A DNA stretch of 64,000 bases from Rhynchobatus australiae (GCA_034780895.1 JAUZTB010000065.1:28853724-28917723), one strand, 5' to 3'. Shown: positions 50,871 through 63,958, numbered from the stretch's first letter. Translations and numbers: made by a program. The notes: generated from the sequence alone by a model not told the origin.

Positions 50871-52299
50871 CAAAACTTGATTAAAGAGGCCAGCTTAAGA
50901 AGAGTCACAAAGGCTGAATGAAGGAATCCGAGATGGAGGAGATTGCAAAGCTTAGGGCCTGGTCAACTGAAGGCAGTCAATCTGGTCCCTGATGTGGCAC
51001 AAACAATGCAATTTTGGAGCTCAATGCTCCAGCTAACTGTTCTGTCTCTACTTAATCCCACACAGCAAAATAGGCATTCAGCAACAAGTGGACAACCTAT
51101 TGAAATGAGAGGTGCTCAGGAAACTGAGTAGAGGCAGGGAGCTGATGTCTCAGGNNNNNNNNNNGGAGCAGAGTTTGTGAGATGAGGACCAAAGATAGTG
51201 GGTTCAGTCTCCCCAGTGTTTAATTTGGGGTAATTTTCCCCCTGCTGAGTAAACAGATAATTGAGAGACAGTGGAGGGGCTAGGAGAGGTGGTGTTGACA
51301 GTGGCATGTTGTCACCATACACTTGGAAACTGTCACTTGCTAAAGAACAGCACATTGAGATAGAATAAGTGGCGGCCAAGGCTGGATCCTTGGAGGTTAC
51401 CAGGGGTAAGAGCAGGAGTGTGAAGAGAGGCCATTGCAGTTACTAATGCACTTGTGTCTGTGGAGCATTTGGTTTATGCAGAAGCCTTGAGATCAAGACA
51501 AAATCCTTCACCGCCTGCCACACCAATCCCTCTCGATTTTTGTGCTGCAAATACAATTAGTTTATATTTGACCGTCATCCATTACATAACTTATTACAAC
51601 ATAATTTGAAACATTTCATTGAAGTTTCCTTGTATTTTATTGCAGTGAACTATTTAAAAATCTCACTTTACAGAATTTTATTATGAAAGTCTTGTGCTGT
51701 TTGCTGTTCTTTATCCCAATTCCAATCATTGTCTTGCTTCAATAACTGACATAAGGGCATCAGTTGCAAGATCTGGCTAGGATCCAGCTCAGTGCTACAC
51801 CATGCCCAGGAATGACCTATGCTCAGCACTGTTCTCAGTTTTATTTGTCTTCTCAAGTATTTTCACTTTGACTGATTGCAATCCATTTGCATCTGTTTTA
51901 AGCTCAATATAAACTACTTCTTCCTGCAGAAATACACACTTCCGTCCTTACAGCTTTGCACTGAGTAGCTGCCTGAATACTTCTGCTGGTATCCAGCAAC
52001 TTTTCTTCTTTGGTCTTTTGACTGTTAGGAGGTTATCCTGATTGCACCAACAATGATTTGTACCCAGTTGTATCTTCTCCATGGTAGTATGAAAGGTATT
52101 TAGTGATGATTTCACACTATAAAATTCATAAAGTTGTACACCACAGATATAGACCCTTTGGTCTAATGGCTGACCATTGACCACATTTTGCGTAAATCCT
52201 ATTTTATTCCTCCCACATTCCCATCAGCTCCTCCCCCCCACCCCCCACCCCCCAGATTCTACCACTCACCTAATACACCAGGGATAATTTACAGTAAAT

Positions 52300-52445
52300 T
52301 TACAGATAATTTACCTCCCAATCTGCATTCCTTGGGATGTGGGAGGAAACCAGAGCACCCAGGAGAATGTGCAATCTCCATACAGGCCGCACTGGATATC
52401 AAGATTGAACCCGCTTACTGGAGTTGTGAGGCAGCATTTCTCTCT
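52300..52445 (-). mobile_element. V-SINE fragment
   Basis: ttgggatgtgggaggaaaccagagcacccagga is the reverse V-domain; attgaaccc is a reverse B-box-like word. Confidence 0.65.
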
Positions 52446-52564
52446 GTCCACAGTTTTGCCAGTGATCCATGAATACAGATGCTTGTGTGTATTAGTTGTC
52501 AAATACTACTGACTCTCCTCTTCCACATCCAAATGAGGATATGTATATGGTTGATAAATGAAAG

Positions 52565-52770
52565 TCAAACAAAAAACTGCAGCTGCTGGAAATCTGAAAT
52601 AGAAAATTGCTGGGAAACTCAGCAGGTCAGGCAATATCTACAACAATAGAACAATTTAATACTTGAGGTCAAAGACCCTTCTTTAGGACTGAGGAAGAGA
52701 GAAACAAGTTAGTCTAGGTTGCAGAAAAGTTTGGGGAGGGTAATAGGTGGAGAATTTCTGATAGAGTGAA
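52565..52770 (-). mobile_element. Penelope-derived terminal repeat
   Basis: ctgctggaaatctgaaat…actcagcaggtcaggca…aggtcaaagacccttctttaggactga. Confidence 0.65.
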
Positions 52771-53959
52771 ATAATGTGGACGTTAAGGAACAGTTAAGCT
52801 CTTTTGTCAGTGTGACATGCTGCCAGTATAGTAAAGTCTGTGTAATGTTGTTCAATCTGGCTTGCTGGGCATGTCCCCTCTATGAAGAAATTATTCCATG
52901 GGAGTTGCTTTGTTTTACTTCCTTGGCTTTAGACTTAAATGCTGAGAAACTTGAGTTGATATTCCCATGATCACAAACATCGACAACAATTAGTGCCATT
53001 CTCACCCACATAGTTTGGATTCTGCTTTGCAACTCTAAACTCTCTGGCTGCTCTATTGACTGCAAAGTGTAGTTGTATTTGTACCTTGCATTGGACAAGA
53101 TTCTTTAGCTTTCCAATATGCCATCTCCTAAAAGTCACAGNNNNNNNNNNNNNNNNNNNNNNNNNNNNNNNNNNNNNNNNNNNNNNNNNNNNNNNNNNNN
53201 NNNNNNNNNNNNNNNNNNNNNNNNNNNNNNNNNNNNNNNNGTCACAGGTTGCATGAATTAAGGTTAAAAATAATAATCCCACAAGAGTAATTAGCAGTAA
53301 AAAAAATTATAGAATAGGATATCTTGAGCACTTTAATATCTTTTGTTTTGACCATCTAAAATTGAAGCTTAACCCTTCTTGAATCATATTAGATATGTTT
53401 CACACATGAAAAGTATACCTATTCTCTGTAGATGGTGCTTTCTGAACTTGCAATAATTACAAAACCTCAGAATTGCTTTTGAATAACTTTAACATTGGTG
53501 ATTAAATTTCATTTCATTGAAGGTTCGTACTGAAGTGTTGAGATTCGACAACCAAATTAACATTATGCATTTTGGTTTCACCTGACCCCAGTGTTTACCA
53601 AAGGAGAGTTCAGCAGAGGATTTTTCCATTTACACTTTTCCAAATAATGTATCAAAATTATCCACTGTATTGTATCACAGTGGAATTTGGCAAAGTTGTG
53701 TGGGAAATGAAAGGATGATTGTTATCGCCTGATAATTATACAGACACACATGCACAAGCGTGAACTGACTTAAAGGTACAGGCAATATAGATGCAAGCAC
53801 AAATATGTGGATTCACAGATATATAGTTAATGCAAGTATACACAGAAACACAGCCATGTTCAACTGCACAGACACTTTTATAGCATCATGGATGAATAAA
53901 GAGATAAGGATAAAACTGAAATGAAATAAAAAGGCAGAAACTAAGTGAGGGGATGATGA

Positions 53960-54152
53960 ATCACCCAGACAGCAGTGAATCTTTGAAATTTTTCATCCAA
54001 GATGCCTGTGGAAGCTCAGCCATTCAGGATAGCGACTGATAGGTTTTTAGATACCAGGGAATCAGGAACTATGTAGTTAATGCAGGAAAGAGCCTCTAAA
54101 GTTAAAAATCAACCATGATCTTATTGAATGCTGGAGCAAACATGAGAGGCTG
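53960..54152 (+). mobile_element. Old CR1 3' tail
   Basis: gtgaatctttgaaatt…ctgtggaagctcag…aaccatgatcttattgaatgctggagca. Confidence 0.65.
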
Positions 54153-54159
54153 AGTGCCA

Positions 54160-54845
54160 AACAAAGAACTTGCAGATGCAGGAAATCTGAAATAAAAATG
54201 GAAAATGCTGGATACAATCAGCAGGTCAGGCAGCATCTGTAGAGAAAGAAACAGTTAATGTTTCAGGTGCAGGGCCCCTCGTTAGTACTGGGAAATAGAG
54301 GAACAAATTAGTATAGGTAGCAGAGTAGGTTGATAAGGGGGATGGGTGAAACAAAGGAAATTACTCTGCTAGGATGACTTAATGTGGCAGTCAAGGTAGA
54401 GTTAAAATCAGATTAAGCTTCTTTGTCTGTGTAATGCGTTGTTCATGTGGTAAGGCTGTGGGACTTGCCCAGCAGGTCAGATAATATATAAAAAAAGAAA
54501 AAAAAAGGATAAAGCTGGACCAAGAGGATGGCAGACAGAAATGGCCAGTTCTGATACAAAGAATTTGATATTGAGTCCTGCAGGTTGAAATTGTACTCAG
54601 ATAGAAATAAGGTGTTGCTCCCCAAGCCTGTGTTAGTCCTTTTTGAAACAGTGCAGGAGGCTACGGACAAAAAGGCCAGAGTGGGAGTCGGATGATGAAC
54701 TAAAATGGCAGGCAGCTGGAAGCTCAGGTTTGCTCCTGCAAACTGAGCATTGGGGCTCTGCAGAGCACTCACTAGGTCATCATTTGGTTCATCAGTGTAG
54801 AGGAGGCCACATTGTGAATGCCCAATATAGTACACTAGATTTGGA
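54160..54845 (-). mobile_element. Penelope-like element 3' fragment: GIY-YIG endonuclease relic plus terminal repeat with hammerhead motif
   Basis: Minus strand NLVYYIGHSQCGLLYTDEP… resembles the PLE motif NLVYCIRCSRCGLLYIGET, and is followed by gagcttccagctgcctgccatttt (ELPxACHF). Terminal motif at 54252-54290. Confidence 0.8.
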
Positions 54846-54889
54846 TAAACAGTCTTCTCAATATTTTGATGTCAGATTTCTTGAATTCG

Positions 54890-55260
54890 TAGTATTAGTA
54901 TTGGTTTATTATTGTCACTTGTACAAAGGTACACAGTGAAAAACTTGTTTTGCATACAGTTTGTACATATCAATTCATTACACAGTGCATTGAGGTAGTA
55001 CGGAGTAAAAACAATAACAGAATACAGAGTAAAGTGTCCCAGCTACAGGGAAGTGCATTGCAGTTAGACAATAAGGTGCAAGGTCAAATAAGGTAGATTG
55101 TGAGGTCAAGAGTCCATCTCATTGTATAACGGAACTGTTCAATAGTCTTATCACCAAAGGATAGAAGCTGTCCTTGAGCCTGGTGGTATGTGCCCTCAGG
55201 TTCCTGTATCTTCTGCCCGATGGGAGACAAGAGGAGAGAGAATGTCCCGGGTGGGTGGGG
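54890..55260 (-). mobile_element. Rex1/Babar-type 3' end
   Basis: Short tandem tail (gtattagtatt), gtgaaaaacttgttttgcatac, and a body shared with 45580-45705. Confidence 0.7.
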
Positions 55261-57354
55261 TATGGTAATTTCAGATAATGACATGCAGCTCCTCCAGACT
55301 CAACTTTTGATTCTTTATTCCTCCATTACCACGCTCTTTCCCCTTACACATTTAATCTCTCCTCTCCTTTCTATCAGACCTTCTTCTTTTCCCATTATCT
55401 GCATCTTAAAACTTGTTCATCTCTAATTTTCCCAATTCTGACAATGGGGCAGAATGTGTGATAGAGCTTGTGTGGAAGGACATTTAACTTCAGTTGTAAC
55501 AGGACAGTTAATAAAGGAGCGGACACAGTTCAGAGGAAGGAAATTACTTCTCAAATGACTTGAAATGAATCTGACACATGGTCACGCATCCTGGAAAAAT
55601 ATGACACCAGGTCTAAGGCTGAAACAAGCTGCTGTGAAAGGAATGGAGTAGCTCCTTAAGGGTTTTACTTGAGACAAGAAAGTACCTTCCCCAAGGTTCC
55701 ACATCCAATTATACACTGGAAGCCATCAAGGCTGTTGAATTGAAGGGACAGGTTGACTCAAGGGTGTTGTTGCTGCAGGGGACGGCATTTGTACAGCTCA
55801 GTGCATCGTAGGAACCTTTCTGGTNNNNNNNNNNNNNNNNNNNNNNNNNNNNNNNNNNNNNNNNNNNNNNNNNNNNNNNNNNNNNNNNNNNNNNNNNNNN
55901 NNNNNNNNNNNNNNNNNNNNNNNNNNNNNNNNNNNNNNNNNNNNNNNNNNNNNNNNNNNNNNNNNNNNNNNNNNNNNNNNNNNNNNNNNNNNNNNNNNNN
56001 NNNNNNNNNNNNNNNNNNNNNNNNNNNNNNNNNNNNNNNNNNNNNNNNNNNNNNNNNNNNNNNNNNNNNNNNNNNNNNNNNNNNNNNNNNNNNNNNNNNN
56101 NNNNNNNNNNNNNNNNNNNNNNNNNNNNNNNNNNNNNNNNNNNNNNNCCATCAGTCAAGTATCAGGAGTTGATCTATTTGGGCATTGTCAAGACTTTGAA
56201 CGTGAGTCTCATTGATGGAGGGACTTGTTGGCAAGGCTGGAAGGCAATGGCATCACCACTGCCATCGGCATTCTTCCACATGCTGCTATCGATTCAGTGA
56301 CTCAGTTCCTGGTCGACGATATCCCTTGATTATAATGGAGCATCAGAATTCCTGGCAAGTGCACGTTAGCTGTGCAGCTGTGTAGATGCTCATTGCCTGA
56401 GACTGGTGTGTTCCATGTTACCTTTCCTCTGGAAATTCAGGAGCCATGTGATGGGAAAGTTCACCATCATTGGCTGAAATTTGTCTCTCTGTTTGGAAGT
56501 GGAATGGGATCCTCAGGAGAAGCTCTCTGCCATGAGACTTGCTCTGACAGTACGTTTGGAGACAGCATCTCCTTTGTTATTCATCATCCACTTACTCTGC
56601 CTCCTCTGTCTCCTACTGACTGCCCTGTTACACGCTGTGCCTTCATTGTTAGTTTGTGGAGCATGTCGCAAGCAACATTGAAATGTGAGACCCGTTTTGG
56701 CAAATATTGCAACACCCTCTGTCCCCCCTCCCCATTCATTGAACACAAAACATACAGAACACAGTACAGCCCAGGAACAGGACTTTTGGCCCACGATTGT
56801 GTGCTGAACTACTTAAACTAATGATCCCTTCTGCCTGCACATGGTCCATATCGCTCCATTCTCTGGATATTCTTGTGCTGATCTAAGAGCCTATTCAATC
56901 CAGGAACTGGAATCTCACCTTGAGGCATAGTGCAGTGGACACAGGAGGCTTGGGTAGGGTTAGCAAGGGCTTGTGATCATTTGTAATATTCCTAATGCGG
57001 TGGCATGTTGCAAAGTAGGAGGAACAATTTGCACCAACACCTGGAATAATCCGGGGCTGAAATATTTAAGAAGACAGTGACCTCCACCTCTACTGGAAGA
57101 GCAGTCCAAGCGTGGTGTGCTGCTAATGACAGGCCTGTTGTAATTGCCTGAACAAATCTTATTCTCTGGATATCTCTGGAGGCAGAAGGTAGGAATATGG
57201 CTCCTTGAGGAAAGGCTCTGATGGCAAGAGCACTATCTCATGCTCCTCTGCTAGTCCGAATTGCCTTTAGGTCCTGTCCTATACATTTCACTTATGGAAC
57301 ACCTAAAAGGTAAGCACCAGGTTATTGAATCTCTCAGTCAACATTTAATCCTCA

Positions 57355-57585
57355 GTCATAGAGTCAAAGGGTAATACAGTATGGAAACAGGCCGACCAAG
57401 ATGCCCATCTAAGCTAGTCCCATNNNNNNNNNNCTCTTTAAGCCTTTCCTATACATGTACCTGTACAAGTGTCTTTTAAATGTTGTTAATGTACCTTCCT
57501 CAACCACTTGCTCTGGCAGCTCATTCCATATGTATGCACCACCCTCTGCATGAAAAATTTTGCCCCACAGGTCCCTTTTAATCAG
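57355..57585 (-). mobile_element. CR1 3' tail
   Basis: IWNELPEQVVEEGTLTTFKRHLYRYM on the minus strand. Confidence 0.85.
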
Positions 57586-57814
57586 AAACATATTATCTGA
57601 TTATTTATCTTAGTGCTGTTTGTGGGATTTTGTTTAGGGTAACAGATACATTAAATGTTAGGAGATCTCAGCCAGTCAAGCAGCATCTGTGGAAAGAGGG
57701 GGAGGAGTGATACAGAGTAGTACCGCACAGAAACAGTTCTTTGGCCCAACTCGTCCATGCTGACAAAGATGCCAATCTAAATTAGTCCCATTTCTTTGTG
57801 TTTGGCCCATATCA

Positions 57815-58105
57815 GGCATGGTAGTGTAGTGGTTAGCGTGACGCTATTACAGTGCCAGTGACCTGGGTTCAATTCTGGCCACTTTCTGTAAGGAGTTTGT
57901 ATGTTCTCCCCGTGTCTGCGTGGGTTTCTTCCGGGTGCTCCGGTTTCCTCGCACATTCCAAAGACGTCCAGGTTAGGAAGTTGTGGGCGTGCTATGTTGA
58001 CGCCGGGAGCGTGGAGACACTTGTGGGCTGCACCCAGAACACTCTACGAAAAAATGCATTTCACTGTGTGTTTCCATGTACATATGACTAATAAAGATAT
58101 CTATC
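57815..58105 (+). mobile_element. Near-full-length tRNA-derived V-SINE nested in a CR1 tail
   Basis: A-box-like tagtgtagtgg, B-box-like ggttcaattc, V-domain gagtttgtatgttctccccgtgtctgcgtgggtttcttccgggtgctccggtttcc, and tail aataaagatatct. The host tail ttggcccatatc…taaacctttcctatcc is split around it. Confidence 0.9.
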
Positions 58106-58311
58106 TTAAACCTTTCCTATCCGTGTACCAGTCCAAGTGACAAATGAGGTGTAAGACAACAAACTATATGGAGATAGGTTAAGGCAGATCAAGTGATAAG
58201 AAGCACATGTACTGACCATTGGCAAGGTTTTTAAAAGAAATAGTGTGAGAAAGACACACAAACATGATAATAGCTGGAAAATATGGAAGGTGCAATAATA
58301 AGTGCATGTTT

Positions 58312-58389
58312 ATAAGATAAGATATCTTCATTAGTCACATGTACATCGAAACACACAGTGAAATGCATCTTTTGCGTAGAGTGTTCTGG
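58312..58389 (-). mobile_element. 3' end of a second copy of the same SINE, inverted and truncated by a gap
   Basis: Reverse complement of 58035-58105 (ccagaacactctacg…aatgcatttcactgtgtgtttc…gtacat). Confidence 0.88.
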
Positions 58390-61300
58390 NNNNNNNNNNN
58401 NNNNNNNNNNNNNNNNNNNNNNNNNNNNNNNNNNNNNNNNNNNNNNNNNNNNNNNNNNNNNNNNNNNNNNNNNNNNNNNNNNNNNNNNNNNNNNNNNNNN
58501 NNNNNNNNNNNNNNNNNNNNNNNNNNNNNNNNNNNNNNNNNNNNNNNNNNNNNNNNNNNNNNNNNNNNNNNNNNNNNNNNNNNNNNNNNNNNNNNNNNNN
58601 NNNNNNNNNNNNNNNNNNNNNNNNNNNNNNNNNNNNNNNNNNNNNNNNNNNNNNNNNNNNNNNNNNNNNNNNNNNNNNNNNNNNNNNNNNNNNNNNNNNN
58701 NNNNNNNNNNNNNNNNNNNNNNNNNNNNNNNNNNNNNNNNNNNNNNNNNNNNNNNNNNNNNNNNNNNNNNNNNNNNNNNNNNNNNNNNNNNNNNNNNNNN
58801 NNNNNNNNNNNNNNNNNNNNNNNNNNNNNNNNNNNNNNNNNNNNNNNNNNNNNNNNNNNNNNNNNNNNNNNNNNNNNNNNNNNNNNNNNNNNNNNNNNNN
58901 NNNNNNNNNNNNNNNNNNNNNNNNNNNNNNNNNNNNNNNNNNNNNNNNNNNNNNNNNNNNNNNNNNNNNNNNNNNNNNNNNNNNNNNNNNNNNNNNNNNN
59001 NNNNNNNNNNNNNNNNNNNNNNNNNNNNNNNNNNNNNNTCTTGAGCACACAATTTTGTAGTCCCCTTTTAAGTGGATGATTTGTAATTGGCAGTCTTTCC
59101 TTCACTACACAAATACTAATGTATTTGTTCATCTTTGACAGTGTGTAATGTAAATATTAGACTGAGCTCATACCTGTCATGTTATTATAATCACAAACAG
59201 AATTTCACAACATTTTTTCATGCGTTTCATTATTTTACAAGGTATTTGCTTTCCTTCTATTTTCCCTTCCCTACCCACAATGCTGACTTTCCCAGAAGAG
59301 TTGCACCTCTTTTACTAAGCTCTGATAATTTAATTGAGGAGTAGAACATTGTCAGGGATCCTAAACTTTGAGTGTCATGGGGTCATTCAATCAGTCCTTT
59401 TCAGCATGATACTGAAACACAATCAGAGGAAGGAACCCATCAACTCCTTTAGTGAAAACAGAAAATACTGATGATATTCAGCATTCAAGGAGCATATACA
59501 GAGTGCAAGACAGAGTATCTACAGCAGCATTTTCTGTTTTTTTCATATTTACCAGTGTCTACACTGTTTTACTTTCTCATTGCCTTCTTTCCCTGTCTGT
59601 CAGTCTACTGAGAGCCCCTTTTTGAGATCAGCTTATTGCACACAGATTTGAAATCAACCTGCAAAGCAATAACATGCAAATATATTAAGGGGAACAGCCT
59701 ATTCATGTCTCATTTGGACAATNNNNNNNNNNTGTCCTAACTACATGTTTTAATCTCCTTTATTATATTTTGCATACTTTTTGGTTATTTGCCTTATTGA
59801 AACAAACAGAATTGAATTCTGAGTCCAATAAAGTGCATATTCAATCCACCGAATGAAGAGATGGGATCACACAGCAATAGTCCAGTACAATGTAAAGGTT
59901 TTTTTGTTAAAACATCTCAGCCACCTATCCAGACTCTGTGCACCCAAATTTAACTCTGAATGATAATGGAGCTGGGGTCAGCATATGGAATTGGTCATTG
60001 TGCTGCCAGCAAGGAAGAATCGGACACTGAGATCCCCAAAGTAACTTCAGACCCAAATGAGTTATGATATGAAAAAGAAAATGGACCCCAAATATATCAA
60101 TAGCTGCACCAGAAGAAGATAAGAAATAATTATTTACACCTGTTCTCTGCTACATATTCTTCCTTCACCCATGCTCCATACCACCATTACATTGTTATTA
60201 CTCCATGAGAGTTTACCGAACTTCATTAAATCAAGTTAATCACACTATTCTCACTGTGCTATCTTTGAATGTCGCATGTTCCCAAAGTATCAATTAAATT
60301 AATCATCTGCTCTTTACAAGATGCATCGCATGCCCACAGCTCCTAACCCATACCTCTTTGGAAAGTGGGAGCAATCATCCGCTCTTACTTGTTGGCGATT
60401 CCTTATGGGTTGTATTCCAAGTTTTCCTTTACCAGTGTGAAGTTTACTTGTCTAGTTTTACTTGTCTAGGTTTTCAAGTCAACAACCAAACATTGGAAAA
60501 CCTGCAGAAACTTCAGNNNNNNNNNNNNNNNNNNNNNNNNNNNNNNNNNNNNNNNNNNNNNNNNNNNNNNNNNNNNNNNNNNNNNNNNNNNNNNNNNNNN
60601 NNNNNNNNNNNNNNNNNNNNNNNNNNNNNNNNNNNNNNNNNNCATCAGGGACAAATGTGATGACTTCATTCCCCATTCAGTGCTCCTTTTGGCAAGTACT
60701 GCAACAGCCTCCGTCACCCCTCCCTATTCATAAGTAAAACATCTACCTAAATCTTTGGCACACACCTTCTCCCTATTAAAAAATTATTCCCAACACCCCT
60801 GATCTCCTGCACACGTCCCCCATCTTTGCTCCCCTACTCCATCAATATGCCGGCCTCCGACCCCAATCCTCTTTCCACAATATGGCTTCCTTGTTCCCAA
60901 CTCTACTTCGTGTTGAGTGTCAACACCCACCCCAGAGCACATGAATGGGGCTGATCTTTTCCTCCTCTACTGAAGCCTCACAACCCCAATACCATAAGTG
61001 CAGGAAGACTAGGAGAGTACTGCCAAATCCCTGATAAAAGCACCCCTAACTCCTCCCCTCCCAAAACAACACGGCTATGAACAGGCCTGCGGCTGATCTC
61101 CTGAACCTGCCCTTGGGAGTAGAGCACTGATAGTACCTTTCAAAAGTGAAAATGTGCAATGTCTTGCCTCTTGTGACCATGGCCTTCTACCTTGGCACAG
61201 CTGAATTTTGATGCAATGACCAAAACTATCATTGTTCCACCCCATCTACACCATTCCAGCACAACCTATAGTGTGCACTGGAGGTTCTTGACATGAATGT

Positions 61301-62384
61301 TTCCAGTTCTGAACTGGAGTCACGGAGTTATACAGCACAGAATCAGGCCCTTTGGCCCAACTCATCCTTCTGTCCAAGGTGTCTTCCTGAGCTGGTCCCA
61401 TTTGCCTGCAAACCATGATTGTCACTGTCTTTATCCCAGGGTAGGGGCATCTAAAACTCGAGGGCATAGTTTTAAGGTGAGAGGGGAAATGTTTAACGCT
61501 CCACACGTAGACCACCCCATAGATCCCTAAGGTGCACTACTCTTTCCCTGGCTACCTTCTTACTCCTCATGTACTTATAGGATGTCTTGGGAATTCTCCC
61601 TAATCTTGCCAAGAATATTTCATGGCACCTTTTTGCTCTCCTATTGACATCAGCTTTCTTCCAATTCAAGACCTTAATCTGAGGACCAAATCTTATCCAG
61701 TTCCTTGAAACTTACAGNNNNNNNNNNNNNNNNNNNNNNNNNNNNNNNNNNNNNNNNNNNNNNNNNNNNNNNNNNNNNNNNNNNNNNNNNNNNNNNNNNN
61801 NNNNNNNNNNNNNNNNNNNNNNNNNNACTAAAGCAACATCATCAGGCCTAAACATTCACTACTTCTCTATCCAAGGATGCTGCCTGACCCAATGAGCATT
61901 TTTCATACTGTTTTTAGGTTTCCAGCATCTACAGTATGTTAATTTTTCACTGCCTTTCTAAACAGGATTTACATTTTGCTGTTTTCCAGTTCTATAACCT
62001 AGAACTACCTACTCTCCGTCCATGACAAATTTGTACCAATTTTCTGATATACTTTTGCCTGGTCTAATGTATCACGATGTTATAATTATGCAACATTTAA
62101 AAAAATAAACAATTTAAGCAAAGCTTGGTGTTCTAGAAGCACATAAGCAGAATTTGAAGCTGTTCTATCCCAGAACTCTCCTGAATTAAATGGATCACTA
62201 TCCTTGCTTGTCTATTGTAGCTACCACAGCATTTGGTGCTACAAAATTTAAAAAAAAACATGTTTTGCATTGCAATATAATGTTGGTTGTTTGGATTAAC
62301 CTTTATTTGATTTTGAAATGTCATACAATAAGCTTGTAATAACAACTGTTATATATTGTATGTAAATTTACCANNNNNNNNNNA

Positions 62385-63958
62385 GAGTCATGGAGCTGTA
62401 CAGCACAGAAACAGGCCAATCTGCCCACCACTTTGATGCTGACATTTTTGCCCATCTACATTATTCCCAGTTGCCCATATTGGGTCCATATCCTTCTATA
62501 CCTTGGATATTTGTCCCTGTCTAAATGCCTCTTAAACCGAGTGAATGTGTCTGATCTTGTCACCTTCTCTGGTAGCAACTGCTCTCTACTTAAAATTTCT
62601 TTACCCTCAGATCCCCTTTAAAACTCCATCCTCTCACCTGAAACCCAAGGCCTCTTGTTTTTGATACACCTACTATGGGGAAATGATTCTGACTACCTAT
62701 CCTATTTATACCTCTCTTAATTTTTATATATTGCTTTCAGATTACCCCTCAGCTTTCCTTGCTCCAGGGAAAACAAACCCAGCTTATTCAATCTATCCTC
62801 ATAACTAAAGTTCTCCTGTCCTGGCAACCTCCTGGTGAAACTCTTTTGCACTCTCTCCAGCACAACCACATCCTTCCTATAGTGTGGCGACCAGAACTGC
62901 AGCCTATGCTCCAAGTGCTGCCTAACTAGGGATTTATAAAGTTGCATCATAAAGTCCCAACTTTTATATTCTATGCACTGCCCCTTGAAGACAGGCCAGT
63001 CATATGCCTTTGTTACCACCCTAACTACTCATGTTGCCACTCTCAGAGAACTATGGACTTGAACCCCAGGTTCAACATTCCTTAGCCCCCTACCATTTAC
63101 TGCATTTGTCTGATCCCTATTTGACTTTCCAAAATGCATTATGTCACACTTGTCACGATTAAATTCCATCTGCCAATGCAAGTCCAACTTTCCATCTGGC
63201 CTTAGACAACTTTCCTTGTTAACCACAATACCACCAACTTCTATGTCATCTACAAACATACTAATCATTCCTCCTACATTCTCATCCAAGTCGTTAATAT
63301 ATATCACAAACAACAAGCATTCCAGCACTGACCCCTGCAGTACACCACTGGTCACAGACTTCTGAATGGAGAAACATCCTTTCACCACCACCCCATGCCC
63401 CCTGTTATGAAGCCAATTTTGGATCCATTTAGAAGTTTGGATCCCATGTCCCTTATCCTTCTGCACTTGCTTACTGTGTGGAACCTTGCCAAATGTCTTA
63501 GTAAAGTCCATATAGATAATGTTTGCTGCCCTGCCTTCATCAATCTTCTCATTTACCTCCTAAAAAAAACTCAGCCAAATTAGAGTGGCAGGATTTCCCC
63601 CCACAAAGCCATGCTGACTATCCCTGATTAGTCCCTGACTTTCCAAATGTACATAAATCTTATCCCTTAGGATTTTAGGTTATTTCCATACTACTGACAT
63701 AAGGCTCACTGGCCTGTAGTTACCTGGCTTTCTGTATCCCTACTGCTCTTCTTAAATTAAGGAATGATATGAGCTATCCACCAGTCTTCTGGGACTTCAC
63801 CTGTGGCTAATGAAGATACAAGAATCTCTGATGGGACCCGAGCTATTTCTCCTTTTGTTTCCCATAGCAACCTTGGATAAATCTCAGCCAACCCTGGTGA
63901 TTTATCAACCATTATTTGTCCCATGACATCTAGCATCTCTTCCTTCTTAATACTGACC
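62385..63958 (-). mobile_element. CR1 LINE RT region to 3' tail, degenerate
   Basis: DFTKTFGKVPH…WIQNWL…VTSGVLQGSVLECLLFVIYINDLDENVGGMISMFVDD…WQMEFNRDKC; LYKSLVRQHLEH…QFWSPHYRKDV. Confidence 0.92.

Noticed and set aside
51952-52037. Minus-strand DNLLTVKRPKKKS… as a possible WDR75 exon
   Set aside because: Similarity to QLVSVKLPKSS is weak, there is no pyrimidine tract, and the rest does not align.
57815-57890. tRNA-like sequence
   Set aside because: It is the tRNA-derived head of a SINE and continues directly into the V-domain.
62270-62310. IKVNPNNQ resembling WDR75 IQLNPNNH
   Set aside because: The flanking residues do not match and there is no donor site; a chance match.
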